NCBI GenBank assembly: GCA_026387335.1
Contig: JAPLLX010000003.1
Location: forward strand, 74,230-138,229
Direction: 5' to 3'
Origin: Candidatus Omnitrophota bacterium
GTDB taxonomy: Bacteria; Omnitrophota; Gorgyraeia; Gygaellales; Profunditerraquicolaceae
DNA: 64,000 nucleotides
Position numbers and translations under genes: made by a program. The notes under the pieces are model-generated. The model was not told where the DNA came from. It ran no database searches and worked only from the letters and a program-made list of their open reading frames with translations. Of this stretch, positions 9,978 to 20,007 are shown piece by piece. Each line of letters opens with the position of its first letter. The first letter of the stretch is position 1.

Positions 9978-11236
9978 TCTTTTTCTCTCCAGACCTTGGC
10001 CCCTAATTTCTCCAGCTTCTCTTCAATATTTTCATATCCGCGCTCCAAATGATATATCCTGGATATGCTGGTCTTGCCTTTGGCAGCCAAGCCGGCTAAG
10101 GCTAAACAGGCGGACGCGCGTAAATCCGAAGCCATTACCGGAGCGCCGCTAAGTTCTTTTATCCCTTCAACAATAGCGTGCGGGCCTTCCCTCTGAATAT
10201 GGGCGCCCATACGGTTAAGTTCGGCGACATGCATAAACCTGTCCGGATATATTTTTTCAGTAATCACGCTTATCCCGGGCGTAACGCTCATCAGGCTCAT
10301 CATCTGGGCCTGCATATCTGTGGGAAAACCCGGATAAGGAAGCGTAGTAACGTTTATGGCTTTAAGTTCATTTTTATACCTTACATGCATAGAATTATCG
10401 GTTTTAACCAGCCCTGCTCCCGCTTCTTCCAGCCGATCAATTAACGCGCCTAAATGCTTATAAGAAACATTTTTAATCAGAATGTCTCCGCGGGTAATCA
10501 GAGCAGCTAGGATCATTGTCCCGGCTTCAATCCTATCCGGGATGATTGTATGTGTCGCGCCGTGCAGGCGCTTTACTCCCTCTATTTCAATTATAGGCGT
10601 GCCCTGGCCTTTGATCTTAGCTCCCATCTTAACCAAAAATTCCGCTAAATCCACTACTTCCGGCTCGCAGGCCGCGGATTCAATCACGGTTTTGCCATTG
10701 GCTAAAACAGCGGCCATCATCACATTATCGGTGGCCAGGACCGATGAACCGTAAACCCCGCCTAAATAAATGTGGTTACCTTTTAATTCTTGAGCCTTGG
10801 CGATTACATAACCGGACTCAATATTTATATCCGCGCCCAACGCCTTTATCCCCTTTAAATGCAGATCTACCGGCCGCACGCCGATTACGCAGCCCCCGGG
10901 AAGAGAGACCTTGGCTTTCTTAAGTTTGCCTAAAAGCGGGCCCAGGACGCAAAAAGAAGCGCGCATGGTTGAAACCAGTTTATAGTCGGCGACATAACCT
11001 GTCTTTTTAAGTGTACTTATTGAAACTATGCCTTTTTCCAGATCCGCGCTTTTACCCAAAGAACGCAATATCCTTATCATTGTATTTGTATCGCGCAGGT
11101 CCGGCACGCCTTTGATTATACAGGCATCATCCGTAAGCAGGGTTGCCGCCAATATGGGCAGGACCGCGTTCTTGGCTCCTGAGATAGTGACTTCACCCTT
11201 AAGCTTTACCCCACCTTCAATGACTAATTTATCCAT
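9974..11236 (-). CDS. murA: UDP-N-acetylglucosamine 1-carboxyvinyltransferase
   Basis: GAKNAVLP, LPGGCVIGVRP, PGFPTDMQ, DLRA. Confidence 0.97.
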   Translation of the reverse strand: MDKLVIEGGVKLKGEVTISGAKNAVLPILAATLLTDDACIIKGVPDLRDTNTMIRILRSLGKSADLEKGIVSISTLKKTGYVADYKLVSTMRASFCVLGPLLGKLKKAKVSLPGGCVIGVRPVDLHLKGIKALGADINIESGYVIAKAQELKGNHIYLGGVYGSSVLATDNVMMAAVLANGKTVIESAACEPEVVDLAEFLVKMGAKIKGQGTPIIEIEGVKRLHGATHTIIPDRIEAGTMILAALITRGDILIKNVSYKHLGALIDRLEEAGAGLVKTDNSMHVRYKNELKAINVTTLPYPGFPTDMQAQMMSLMSVTPGISVITEKIYPDRFMHVAELNRMGAHIQREGPHAIVEGIKELSGAPVMASDLRASACLALAGLAAKGKTSISRIYHLERGYENIEEKLEKLGAKVWREKE

Positions 11237-12014
11237 ACGCTTCTACCTTTCTGGCGACCATTACCCTCTCTATATCATTATAGTCTTGGACTACTTTTAT
11301 TATTTCCAATAATTTTTGACTGTCAAATATTTTTTCTAAATCCTTTTTTTGTTGAAAGCCGATTTCCATAATTAAGAGGCCGCTTCTCTTTAAATAACCC
11401 GCCGCCTTTAAGATTATCTTGCGGTAAAAATCCAGGCCGTCGCTCCCGCCGTCTAATGCCACCTTTGGCTCAAATTGCAGCTGCGGCTGTAATTTTCTTA
11501 TCTGGTCTTCTGCTATATAAGGCGGATTACTGACAATAATACCATATTCTTTATATTCTAACTTATCAAATAAATCACTCCTGATAAAATTAATCTTGGC
11601 GGCGTGGAGCAAGGCATTCTCTTTGGCCACGCTTAAAGCCTCTGGCGCTATATCACTGGCATCTATTTCTAAATCCTTCAAATATTTAGCTAAAGCTACC
11701 GCGATACAACCTGAACCTGTCCCCAGGTCCAAAACTCTTGTAGGATTTTCTCGGTTAGCATATTCTATCGCTGTCTCTACGAGCCTCTCCGTCTCCGGCC
11801 TGGGAATAAGAACATTTCTATTAACCTTTAGCTCCAAGCCCATAAATTCGGTCTTTCCCAATATATACTGTATGGGCTCGCCTTTTATCCTTCTACTTAA
11901 AGCCGAAGAGATAAAAGCCGCGTCTTTACGGCTTAAACATTTATCTTTATTCAGGTATAAATCTACCCTCTGGCAACCCAGGCAATCGCTAAATAATAAT
12001 TCCGCTTCGTTCAT
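11229..12014 (-). CDS. prmC: Release factor glutamine methyltransferase
   Basis: IPRPETE, DLGTGSG, SNPPY; follows prfA. Confidence 0.96.
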   Translation of the reverse strand: MNEAELLFSDCLGCQRVDLYLNKDKCLSRKDAAFISSALSRRIKGEPIQYILGKTEFMGLELKVNRNVLIPRPETERLVETAIEYANRENPTRVLDLGTGSGCIAVALAKYLKDLEIDASDIAPEALSVAKENALLHAAKINFIRSDLFDKLEYKEYGIIVSNPPYIAEDQIRKLQPQLQFEPKVALDGGSDGLDFYRKIILKAAGYLKRSGLLIMEIGFQQKKDLEKIFDSQKLLEIIKVVQDYNDIERVMVARKVEAYG

Positions 12015-13075
12015 CAGCTCTTTTCTTTCCGCTCTTTTTCCGCTTTAATCAAGGCTTCCGATATTTCGTCAAATCCGCCTTCTAGCACTGCTTCCAATTG
12101 ATGAATAGTAAAATTTATACGATGATCCGTAACCCGCCGGTCAGGAAAATTATAAGTGCGTATTTTTTCGCTGCGGTCCCCGGAGCCGATCTGGGATTTT
12201 CTCTCCCGTGATAACCTCTTGGACTCTGCCTCTTTTTTAGCGTCTAAAAGTTTGGCCCGTAAAATGCGCATCGCCTTGTTTTTATTTTTTAGCTGCGAGC
12301 GCTCATCCTGGCAGGCAACCACAACGTTAGTAGGTATATGGGTGATCCTGACTGCCGAGTCGGTCTTTTGCATATGCTGGCCGCCCGGGCCGCTGGAACG
12401 GTAAGTATCGATCCTTAAATCCGACGGCTCAATCACTAAATCCACTTCTTCCGGTTCAACTAAGACCGCGACTGTGGCGGTTGAGGTATGGATCCTTCCC
12501 TGGGCCTCTGTTGTAGGGACACGCTGCACGCGATGCACGCCGCTCTCAAACTTCAGCCGGCTATAGGCGTCTTTGCCTTTTACGCTGAAAGCTACTTCTT
12601 TAAAACCCCCGGATTCGTTAGTGGCAGCGAACATCAGTTCAACTGACCAACCCTTGTTTGCCGCGTATTTGGTGTACATACGGTAAAGGTCAGCGGCAAA
12701 TAAACCCGCTTCATCTCCTCCTGTACCCTGACGTATTTCTACGATAATATCGCGGCCGGCATCTTTATCTTTTTCAATAAAGCCTTCTCTTATTTTTTCT
12801 TCTAAAGCCTTAAGCTTGGGTCTTAACTCGGCAAGCTCTTTTTTAGCCAACTCCAGGTATTCTTTATCGTGCTTCTCCCCCAGCGCAGCCTCCATCTCCT
12901 GGATTTCTTTTAAGACGCGCTTTTGCTCGCGGTATAAAGCAACCGGCTCCCGGATATCCGAAAGCTCCTTGGCCAGTTTATTGGATTTCTCGCGGTCAGC
13001 GAGGGTCTCCGGAGAGCTTAAAAGCTGCTCCAGCTCAATATAGCGTTCTTCAAGTTTTTTTAACTTTTCGAGCAT
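12014..13075 (-). CDS. prfA: Peptide chain release factor 1
   Basis: GGQ motif, VQRVPTTE (PxT), IRTYNFP. Confidence 0.97.
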   Translation of the reverse strand: MLEKLKKLEERYIELEQLLSSPETLADREKSNKLAKELSDIREPVALYREQKRVLKEIQEMEAALGEKHDKEYLELAKKELAELRPKLKALEEKIREGFIEKDKDAGRDIIVEIRQGTGGDEAGLFAADLYRMYTKYAANKGWSVELMFAATNESGGFKEVAFSVKGKDAYSRLKFESGVHRVQRVPTTEAQGRIHTSTATVAVLVEPEEVDLVIEPSDLRIDTYRSSGPGGQHMQKTDSAVRITHIPTNVVVACQDERSQLKNKNKAMRILRAKLLDAKKEAESKRLSRERKSQIGSGDRSEKIRTYNFPDRRVTDHRINFTIHQLEAVLEGGFDEISEALIKAEKERKEKS

Positions 13076-13103
13076 CGCACTGTTTCCTATTTTACCCTAA
13101 GTC

Positions 13104-13313
13104 TTACGCTTTTTGCTTCTTGGCGTATTTCTTAATAAACTTATCCACGCGGCCGGCGGAATCCACAAACTTCTGTTTGCCGGTAAAAAACGGATGACAC
13201 TTGGAACAGATCTCCACTCTGATAGCAGGTTTAGTGGAACGGGTATGCACAGTCTCTCCGCAAGCGCAAATAATCGTAGCTTCTTTGTAGTTCGGATGTA
13301 TCTTGTCTTTCAT
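13104..13313 (-). CDS. rpmE: 50S ribosomal protein L31 (Zn-binding type)
   Basis: [20 protein letters not shown]; start reset to ATG 13313 after SD AAGGAG. Confidence 0.96.
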   Translation of the reverse strand: MKDKIHPNYKEATIICACGETVHTRSTKPAIRVEICSKCHPFFTGKQKFVDSAGRVDKFIKKYAKKQKA

Positions 13314-13377
13314 TTTCCCCTCTCCTTTTTGTGTACGGACACAACACCCGCGCAACTCCGATTAGCGCGGGGTGCTT

Positions 13378-14634
13378 TTATTGGTTCATACTGTTTAAAA
13401 ACTCTTCGTTGTTCTTGGTTTTACTTAATTTCTCGATCAGAAGCTCCATCGCCTCCACATTATTCAATTCATTGAGCACCTTCCTTAGAATCCAGGTTTT
13501 CTGCAATACATCCGGCTTGACCAACAGCTCTTCATGACGGGTATTTGAGCGCTTGATATCAATCGCCGGATAAATCCTGCGTTGGAAGAGGTTCCGGTCA
13601 AGCTGGGTCTCCATATTTCCCGTACCTTTAAATTCTTCAAAAATAACTTCATCCATCCGGCTGCCGGTGTCAACTAACGCGGTGGCGATAATGGTCAGGC
13701 TGCCGCCTTCTTCAACCGCGCGCGCCGCGCCAAAGAATCTTTTAGGTTTCTGTAAAGCATTGGAATCAATACCGCCGGAAAGAACCTTACCGCTATGCGG
13801 GACAACCGCGTTATAAGCGCGGGCCAAACGCGTAATACTATCCAGCAATACTACCACATCTCTTTTATGCTCCACCAGCCGCTTGGCTTTTTCCAGGACA
13901 ATTTCGGCTACCTGGATATGCCTCTCCGGTGGTTCATCAAAAGTAGAAGAGATGACTTCGCCTCTAACGTGGCGCTGCATATCGGTGACTTCTTCCGGGC
14001 GTTCGTCGATCAAAAGGACGATCAAAACCACATCCGGCGTGTTCGTGGTTATGGCATTGGCGATCTTCTGTAAAAGCACAGTCTTCCCGCTATAAGGCTG
14101 GGCGACGATCAGGCCGCGCTGCCCCTTACCGATAGGCGCCAGCAAATTCATTATGCGCATGGATATTTCATCGGGTTTAGTCTCCAGGCTAAATGCCTCT
14201 TTAGGATAAACCGGCGTAAGGTTGTCAAAAAGGACCTTCTCCTTTACCTCCTCGGGATTCTCAAAATTCACCGCCTCCACCTTAAGCAGAGCAAAATATT
14301 TTTCACCCTCTTTAGGCGGCCGGATCTGGCCGGAAACCGTATCTCCCGTCCTTAAATCAAATTTTCTTATCTGCGACGGCGAAATATAGATATCGTCCGG
14401 ACAGGGAAGATAATTGTAATTCGGGCTTCTTAAAAAACCGAAACCCTCCGGGAGGATCTCTAAGACCCCCTCGCCGAACATCAATCCTTCTTTTTCCGCC
14501 TGCGCCTGCAAAATCTTAAAAATCAAATCCTGTTTCTTCAGGCCGCTGGTGCCGTTGGCGTTAAGCTCTTTAGCCAGTTTATTTAATTCGCTGATCTTCA
14601 TTTCTTTTAGATTTTTTATATCTAACTTTTCCAC
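13378..14634 (-). CDS. rho: Transcription termination factor Rho
   Basis: [37 protein letters not shown]. Confidence 0.98.
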   Translation of the reverse strand: MEKLDIKNLKEMKISELNKLAKELNANGTSGLKKQDLIFKILQAQAEKEGLMFGEGVLEILPEGFGFLRSPNYNYLPCPDDIYISPSQIRKFDLRTGDTVSGQIRPPKEGEKYFALLKVEAVNFENPEEVKEKVLFDNLTPVYPKEAFSLETKPDEISMRIMNLLAPIGKGQRGLIVAQPYSGKTVLLQKIANAITTNTPDVVLIVLLIDERPEEVTDMQRHVRGEVISSTFDEPPERHIQVAEIVLEKAKRLVEHKRDVVVLLDSITRLARAYNAVVPHSGKVLSGGIDSNALQKPKRFFGAARAVEEGGSLTIIATALVDTGSRMDEVIFEEFKGTGNMETQLDRNLFQRRIYPAIDIKRSNTRHEELLVKPDVLQKTWILRKVLNELNNVEAMELLIEKLSKTKNNEEFLNSMNQ

Positions 14635-15236
14635 AACTTCCTCCTTATTTCTTCAACTTGTTTTCGGGTTTCTTTTAATGTACCGCTATTATCTATTCTA
14701 AAATTCGCAACGCGTAACTTCATTTTCTGCGAAATCTGAGATTTTATCCTCTTTAAGATATCCGCCCTGCTTAACGCTGTCTTCTTAAGCAACCGCTTTA
14801 ATTGCCTATTTTTTCCCGCGGTTACCACGACCAACTTATCTACCCTCTTTCTTAACCCCGCCTCCAGCAATAAAGGCGCGTCCAAAATGATTACTCCTTT
14901 CTTTAGGCTGCCGATCTTCTTTTTGATCACCCGTATTACTTCGGGATGAATTAGACTGTTTAATTTTTTGAGCTTACTTTCATCGTTAAAAACTATTTTT
15001 CCAAGAATGCCCCGGTCGATCTCCTTATTTTTTCCAATGACTTGCGGGCCAAACGCCAAGATCACTTTTTTATAAATCCTGCTTCCGCGTTTTAAGCAAC
15101 TGTGCGCTATTTTATCGGCATCAATGATCTTAGCGCCGAAAGAGGCAAAAATACCGGCTACAGCGCTTTTACCGCTTCCGAAACTTCCGGTAAGCCCGAT
15201 TATAATCTTATTATTTTTTGGCTTTTGCCTTGGCAT
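14622..15236 (-). CDS. coaE: Dephospho-CoA kinase
   Basis: [24 protein letters not shown]. Confidence 0.95.
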   Translation of the reverse strand: MPRQKPKNNKIIIGLTGSFGSGKSAVAGIFASFGAKIIDADKIAHSCLKRGSRIYKKVILAFGPQVIGKNKEIDRGILGKIVFNDESKLKKLNSLIHPEVIRVIKKKIGSLKKGVIILDAPLLLEAGLRKRVDKLVVVTAGKNRQLKRLLKKTALSRADILKRIKSQISQKMKLRVANFRIDNSGTLKETRKQVEEIRRKLWKS

Positions 15237-16602
15237 ACAAGTCTAAATACTTTTTGGCCGATGCCTCCCACGAAAAATTACATTTCATGGCTTTTTTAAC
15301 CAGCGCGCTCCAGCCGGCCTTATCCTTAAACGCGTCCAGCGCTTTCCTTATTGTCTTAACCAGCCGTATCCTGGAATAACTGTCAAAGATAAATCCGTTC
15401 TCTGAATTTACCGTGTCCGCCAAACCTCCTGTTTTAAAGACCAACGGGATAGTCCCGTACCTTAAGCTGATTAACTGGCCCAGGCCGCAAGGCTCATATC
15501 TGGAAGGCATAATAAATATATCGCTTCCGGCGTAAATCTTATGCGCCAGCGTATCATCAAATTTTAAGGCTAAAGATATTACTTTAGGGTATTTAGCGAC
15601 CATACTTTGCATGACCTCATGGTATTTTATATCGCCTGTCCCTAAAATTACCATCTGGATATTCATCTTGCATATCTCGTCAATTCCTTCAGCGAGGATA
15701 TCAAAACCTTTTTGCTCGGCTAACCTGGAAACAATCCCGAGTAACGGCACGTCTTTCTTTAAGGGAAGTTTACAGAGCGCCTGGAGGTCCTCTTTATCCT
15801 TAGCTTTACCCTCCGGAGAATCCGCGGAGAAATTCTTAGCAATAAATTTGTCGGATTGAGGATCCCAGATATCGTAATCCAGGCCGTTTAATATACCGAA
15901 AACAGAATTCCGGCGTTTATTCAATACCCCTTCTAAACCAAACCCGAATTCTTTAGTTTGAATCTCCTTAGCGTAGGTCGGGCTGACCGTATTAATGATA
16001 TCGGAAAAAATCATCCCGCCCTTAAGTATGTTCACCTGGCCGTAAAATTCCAGGCCTTCCATACTAAAAAGGCTCCAGTCCAGGCCCAGCTTCCCAAATT
16101 CATCCTTGGGGAAAAGCCCCTGGTAGCCGATATTATGTATTGTCAGGATCGTGCGTATATTTTTATAGAACGGGTCTTTGGCGTAAATCGTTTTTAAGAA
16201 TACCGGGACCAGCGCTGACTGCCAGTCGTGGCAATGGATAATATCCGGCTTAAAATTGATCTCTTTTAATAAATCCAGGGATTTCCTGCAGTAATAAGAA
16301 AAGCGGTCTAAATTATCTTTATGGTCGCCGTTCTTGTCTCCGTACAGGCCGTCGCGGTCAAATAAATCTGCGTTTTCAATAAAATAAACTTTAATATTTT
16401 TTCCTAAGACTCCGCTTAAAACTCCGTTCTTAGATGGTTTAAGATTAAATTTAGCTGCGTCTATCGCTTTATAACGCGGCATGATTATAATGATTTCCTG
16501 GTTTTCCTTCTCCAGGGCCAACGGCAGGGCTCCGGCTACATCCGCTAACCCGCCGGTCTTCGCAAACGGAACCACCTCTGACGCGCACATTACTATCTTC
16601 AT
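15211..16602 (-). CDS. glgA: Glycogen synthase
   Basis: KTGGLADV, HCHDWQ, PSRYEPCGL; start reset to the ATG overlapping the polA TGA. Confidence 0.96.
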   Translation of the reverse strand: MKIVMCASEVVPFAKTGGLADVAGALPLALEKENQEIIIIMPRYKAIDAAKFNLKPSKNGVLSGVLGKNIKVYFIENADLFDRDGLYGDKNGDHKDNLDRFSYYCRKSLDLLKEINFKPDIIHCHDWQSALVPVFLKTIYAKDPFYKNIRTILTIHNIGYQGLFPKDEFGKLGLDWSLFSMEGLEFYGQVNILKGGMIFSDIINTVSPTYAKEIQTKEFGFGLEGVLNKRRNSVFGILNGLDYDIWDPQSDKFIAKNFSADSPEGKAKDKEDLQALCKLPLKKDVPLLGIVSRLAEQKGFDILAEGIDEICKMNIQMVILGTGDIKYHEVMQSMVAKYPKVISLALKFDDTLAHKIYAGSDIFIMPSRYEPCGLGQLISLRYGTIPLVFKTGGLADTVNSENGFIFDSYSRIRLVKTIRKALDAFKDKAGWSALVKKAMKCNFSWEASAKKYLDLYAKAKAKK

Positions 16603-19139
16603 TTTACTTCCTCCATTTCCAGCCAATTATGACCCTTCTTTATATCCACTTTCACCGGGACATTAAGTTTTAAAGCGTTCTCCATCCTCTCCCGGACCAA
16701 CCCCGCCAAAGCAGGCAATTCATCTTTGGGTAAATCAAATAAAAGTTCATCATGGATCTGCAGGGCCATCCGCGATTTAAGCTCTTTCTTTTTAATCTCT
16801 CGGTCTATCGCGATCATGGCCAACTTGATTAAATCCGAAGCCGAGCCCTGTATGGGCGTATTCACGGCCTGCCGCTCGGCAAATTGCCTTACCGCCTGAT
16901 TTTTACTGTTTATCTGCGGCAGATACCTTCTCCTGCCCAACATCGTGGTGACGAAACCTTCTTTTTTAGCCTGGGCGATCTGGCTATCTATATATTTTTT
17001 AACTCCCGGATAACGGGAAAAATAAGCGTCAATAAAACTTTGCGCGTCTTCGAACGGAATACCTAGATCCTTGCTCAAGCCGTAAGAAGTAAGCCCGTAG
17101 ACAATACCGAAATTCACGCGTTTGGCCCGGTCGCGCATTTCACTGTTCACTTCTTTTTCCTCTACGCCATAGATCAGGGCGGCAGTCGCTTTATGTATAT
17201 CCAGGCCCCGCCTAAAAGCGGAAACCAGATTCTCATCTTCGCTTAAATGCGCCAAAATCCTTAAGTCAATCTGCGAATAATCGCAGGAGATAAGACAATT
17301 TTCTTTTCCGCCCGCGATAATGGCCTTGCGGATCTTAGAGCCTATCTCGGTCTTGATCGGTATATTCTGCAAGTTCGGATTGCTGGAACTTAAGCGCCCG
17401 GTTTCAGTAGCCGCCTGATTAAAAGAAGTATGCAGCCTGGCTGTCTTAGGGTCGGCTAATTCCAAAAGGGCATCAATATAAGTAGTTTTGAGTTTAGTCA
17501 GCTGACGGTATTCCAGCAACAACGCCGGAAGCTTATGTTTAGCGCAGAGCTTATTTAAAACATCTTCATCGGTTGAAGGCCCGGTCTTAGTCTTCTTGAT
17601 CACCGGCAGTTTTAACTCATCAAAAAGGACTACTCTTAATTGTTTAGGCGAATTAATATTAAACTCGGACCCGCTGGTTTTATAAATATCTTTGACCAGT
17701 TTAGTTAATTTCTCCTCTAATTCCAGCGAAAGCGATTTTAATAATTTTAGGTCCAGCTTTATACCCCACAGCTCCATACCGGCGAGCACCTCGGCCAAAG
17801 GCATCTCCGTATCGTAAAAAAGCTTATCCGCTTTCTTCTTATTCAACTCGACTTCCAGCTTCGGCTTTAAATCTTTGATCAGGCTTAAGGCTTCCGGAGG
17901 ACTGAATAATTTCCCGTGAGGAAATTTATCCAGATAATCTGAAGCAATAGCCTCTAAAGTATAACTGCCCTGAGAAGGATTTAAAACATAGGCGGCCAGC
18001 ATTGTATCAAAATACAAACCTTCCAGGCTAAAATCATTTTTAGCTAAAGATACTTTGAGTTTCTTAAGGTCATGGCTTATTTTTCTTATCTTAGGGTCAG
18101 CTAAAATATTTTTTAATCCGGGGTTATCCTTCTCCAAACGCAGGATTTTTCCTCCCTGATCAAAAACTAGATTATCCGGGCTATCCCCATAGAGAAACAG
18201 GTCTTCCTTAGATGCAATAAATTTCTTCAGATCTTTTTCACTCCACTCTTCTATTTTGATATCCGCGGCCGTAGCGTCTCCCAAATTCAATTCTTTTAAG
18301 AACTTCTTAAATTCCAGATGTTTGAATAAGCGGGCCAGTTCTTTAGCCTTAGCTTCGCCTATTTTAAGGTCTTGCGGGCTAAAATCCAGTTTTACGTCAT
18401 CCACCAATAGCGCCAGTTCTTTATTTAATTTTATCTGTTTAATATTTTCTTTTAGCGTTGCCCTTATCTTATCTTTCTTTATTTTTTCCGGGTCAGCCAA
18501 CAAATTATCCAGCGAACCAAATTCGCTGATCAGGCCTAAAGCGGTCTTCTCTCCGATCCCGGGTATTCCGGGTATATTATCCGCCGTATCGCCCATCAGG
18601 CTGATGACATCAGGGACTTGCGACGGTTTTACTCCGAAGCGCTGTAAAACCATTTTCTCGTCATAAGTTATCCCTTCATCCTTATACGGGCTATAAACCT
18701 CGATGTCCTTATCCACTAATTGTAATATATCTTTATCCGAACTGATGATCACGGTATGCATGCCTTTGGCCTGGGCTTCTTTGGCTAGAGTCGCGATCAC
18801 ATCATCCGCTTCATAACCGGCCTTTTCCAAAATCTTGATCCCGTAATTAGAAATTATCTCCTTAATAAAAGGGATCTGCGAAGAGAGGTCATCCGGCATC
18901 GGCGGCCGCTGGATCTTGTATTCAGCGAACTTTTTGGCCCGGAAAGTATCCCGGGAAACATCAAAACAAGCTGCCAGGTATTCCGGCTTATTCTCTTTTA
19001 ATAATTTATTTAATATATTTATAAAACCGTAAATAGCGCCGCTGGGCTGGCCAAAAGTTGTGCTTAACCCCCTTATCGCGTAAAACGCGCGATAGCAAAA
19101 AGCTGTCGCGTCTATCAGGTATAATCTATTTTTATTCAT
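16599..19139 (-). CDS. polA: DNA polymerase I
   Basis: 5'-3' exonuclease N-terminus, TGRLSSSNPNLQNIP, motif A DYSQIDLR, motif B KRVNFGIVYG, QIHDE. Confidence 0.98.
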   Translation of the reverse strand: MNKNRLYLIDATAFCYRAFYAIRGLSTTFGQPSGAIYGFINILNKLLKENKPEYLAACFDVSRDTFRAKKFAEYKIQRPPMPDDLSSQIPFIKEIISNYGIKILEKAGYEADDVIATLAKEAQAKGMHTVIISSDKDILQLVDKDIEVYSPYKDEGITYDEKMVLQRFGVKPSQVPDVISLMGDTADNIPGIPGIGEKTALGLISEFGSLDNLLADPEKIKKDKIRATLKENIKQIKLNKELALLVDDVKLDFSPQDLKIGEAKAKELARLFKHLEFKKFLKELNLGDATAADIKIEEWSEKDLKKFIASKEDLFLYGDSPDNLVFDQGGKILRLEKDNPGLKNILADPKIRKISHDLKKLKVSLAKNDFSLEGLYFDTMLAAYVLNPSQGSYTLEAIASDYLDKFPHGKLFSPPEALSLIKDLKPKLEVELNKKKADKLFYDTEMPLAEVLAGMELWGIKLDLKLLKSLSLELEEKLTKLVKDIYKTSGSEFNINSPKQLRVVLFDELKLPVIKKTKTGPSTDEDVLNKLCAKHKLPALLLEYRQLTKLKTTYIDALLELADPKTARLHTSFNQAATETGRLSSSNPNLQNIPIKTEIGSKIRKAIIAGGKENCLISCDYSQIDLRILAHLSEDENLVSAFRRGLDIHKATAALIYGVEEKEVNSEMRDRAKRVNFGIVYGLTSYGLSKDLGIPFEDAQSFIDAYFSRYPGVKKYIDSQIAQAKKEGFVTTMLGRRRYLPQINSKNQAVRQFAERQAVNTPIQGSASDLIKLAMIAIDREIKKKELKSRMALQIHDELLFDLPKDELPALAGLVRERMENALKLNVPVKVDIKKGHNWLEMEEVK

Positions 19140-19195
19140 TATTAGAATAATTGGAATTCAATTTTGGCAGGAAAACTCTGCTTTTTTCTGGTCTC

Positions 19196-19933
19196 TTATC
19201 TTGCTCTCGCCTTGGCCTGGATCTGCTTCTCCACAAAATCTTCCGCTTCCTTATTCGAAGAGTCCAGATATTGAGCGTCCAACGCCCCGGTTATGGCTTT
19301 AGGATAATCCTTTTTACCGTAATTAATCTTGGCTTCTTTAATCTTCTTAGCGGCCAGGTCCTGGCTACTCAGCCTTGAGGAGAATTTATCATTAGTAACT
19401 TCGCGCATCAAGTCCACAATATCGCTTTTGCGCATCTGCTTTCCGGGATCCGGGGACAAAGAAAGCTGTATATCTTCTATGCGCTGCTGGGCCTTGAATG
19501 TCCAGGGGTCATTCTCATCCCCTAATTCCACTCTTCTCTTCCAATAATAAGCGGCATTAGCTAAATCCCGCTTACTTTCATAAAAAAGAGCGAGGTTGCT
19601 GTAGGCGCCTAAGAAGCAGGGGTCGATCTTTATGACCTGCAGATAGCTCTCTTCCGCCCTATCCGGCATATCATAAGCTTCATAAATTATACCCAAGTCA
19701 TTATAGGCATCCGGATATGTTGGATCAGCCTCTATCGCTTTTTGATATGATTTCAAGGCGTTTTCCAGATCGCCTAATTCCTGAAGCTTTAAGCCTTCGC
19801 TGCGGTATTCCCTGGCCTGCTCCTGCATCCCGCTTAACTCATTCTGTTTATCGTTGTCAACCTTATCTGCGGCAAAGAGATAGGCAGTAAACGCGAATAT
19901 AAAACAATTGACTATTAGGGTTGTCTTCTTCAA
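19196..19933 (-). CDS. Exported TPR-repeat protein
   Basis: Signal-peptide-like N-terminus; TPR repeats (AYNDLG, AYSNLA); TTG start. Confidence 0.85.
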   Translation of the reverse strand: MKKTTLIVNCFIFAFTAYLFAADKVDNDKQNELSGMQEQAREYRSEGLKLQELGDLENALKSYQKAIEADPTYPDAYNDLGIIYEAYDMPDRAEESYLQVIKIDPCFLGAYSNLALFYESKRDLANAAYYWKRRVELGDENDPWTFKAQQRIEDIQLSLSPDPGKQMRKSDIVDLMREVTNDKFSSRLSSQDLAAKKIKEAKINYGKKDYPKAITGALDAQYLDSSNKEAEDFVEKQIQAKARAR

Positions 19934-19972
19934 GTTTTCTTTGAGGAATTTGATTGGTATGTACCAGTTGTT

Positions 19973-20000
19973 ATTATATACGCTAAATACCGCGCGTCAA
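19973..20000 (-). promoter_or_regulatory. sigma70-type promoter upstream of TPR gene-polA
   Basis: TTGACG-N16-TATAAT on minus strand. Confidence 0.7.
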
Positions 20001-20007
20001 GAAAAAT

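Noticed and set aside
13345-13375. Hairpin between rho and rpmE as terminator or riboswitch
   Set aside because: A CCGCGC/GCGCGG stem is present, but the minus strand lacks a good U-tract and no known motif is recognisable
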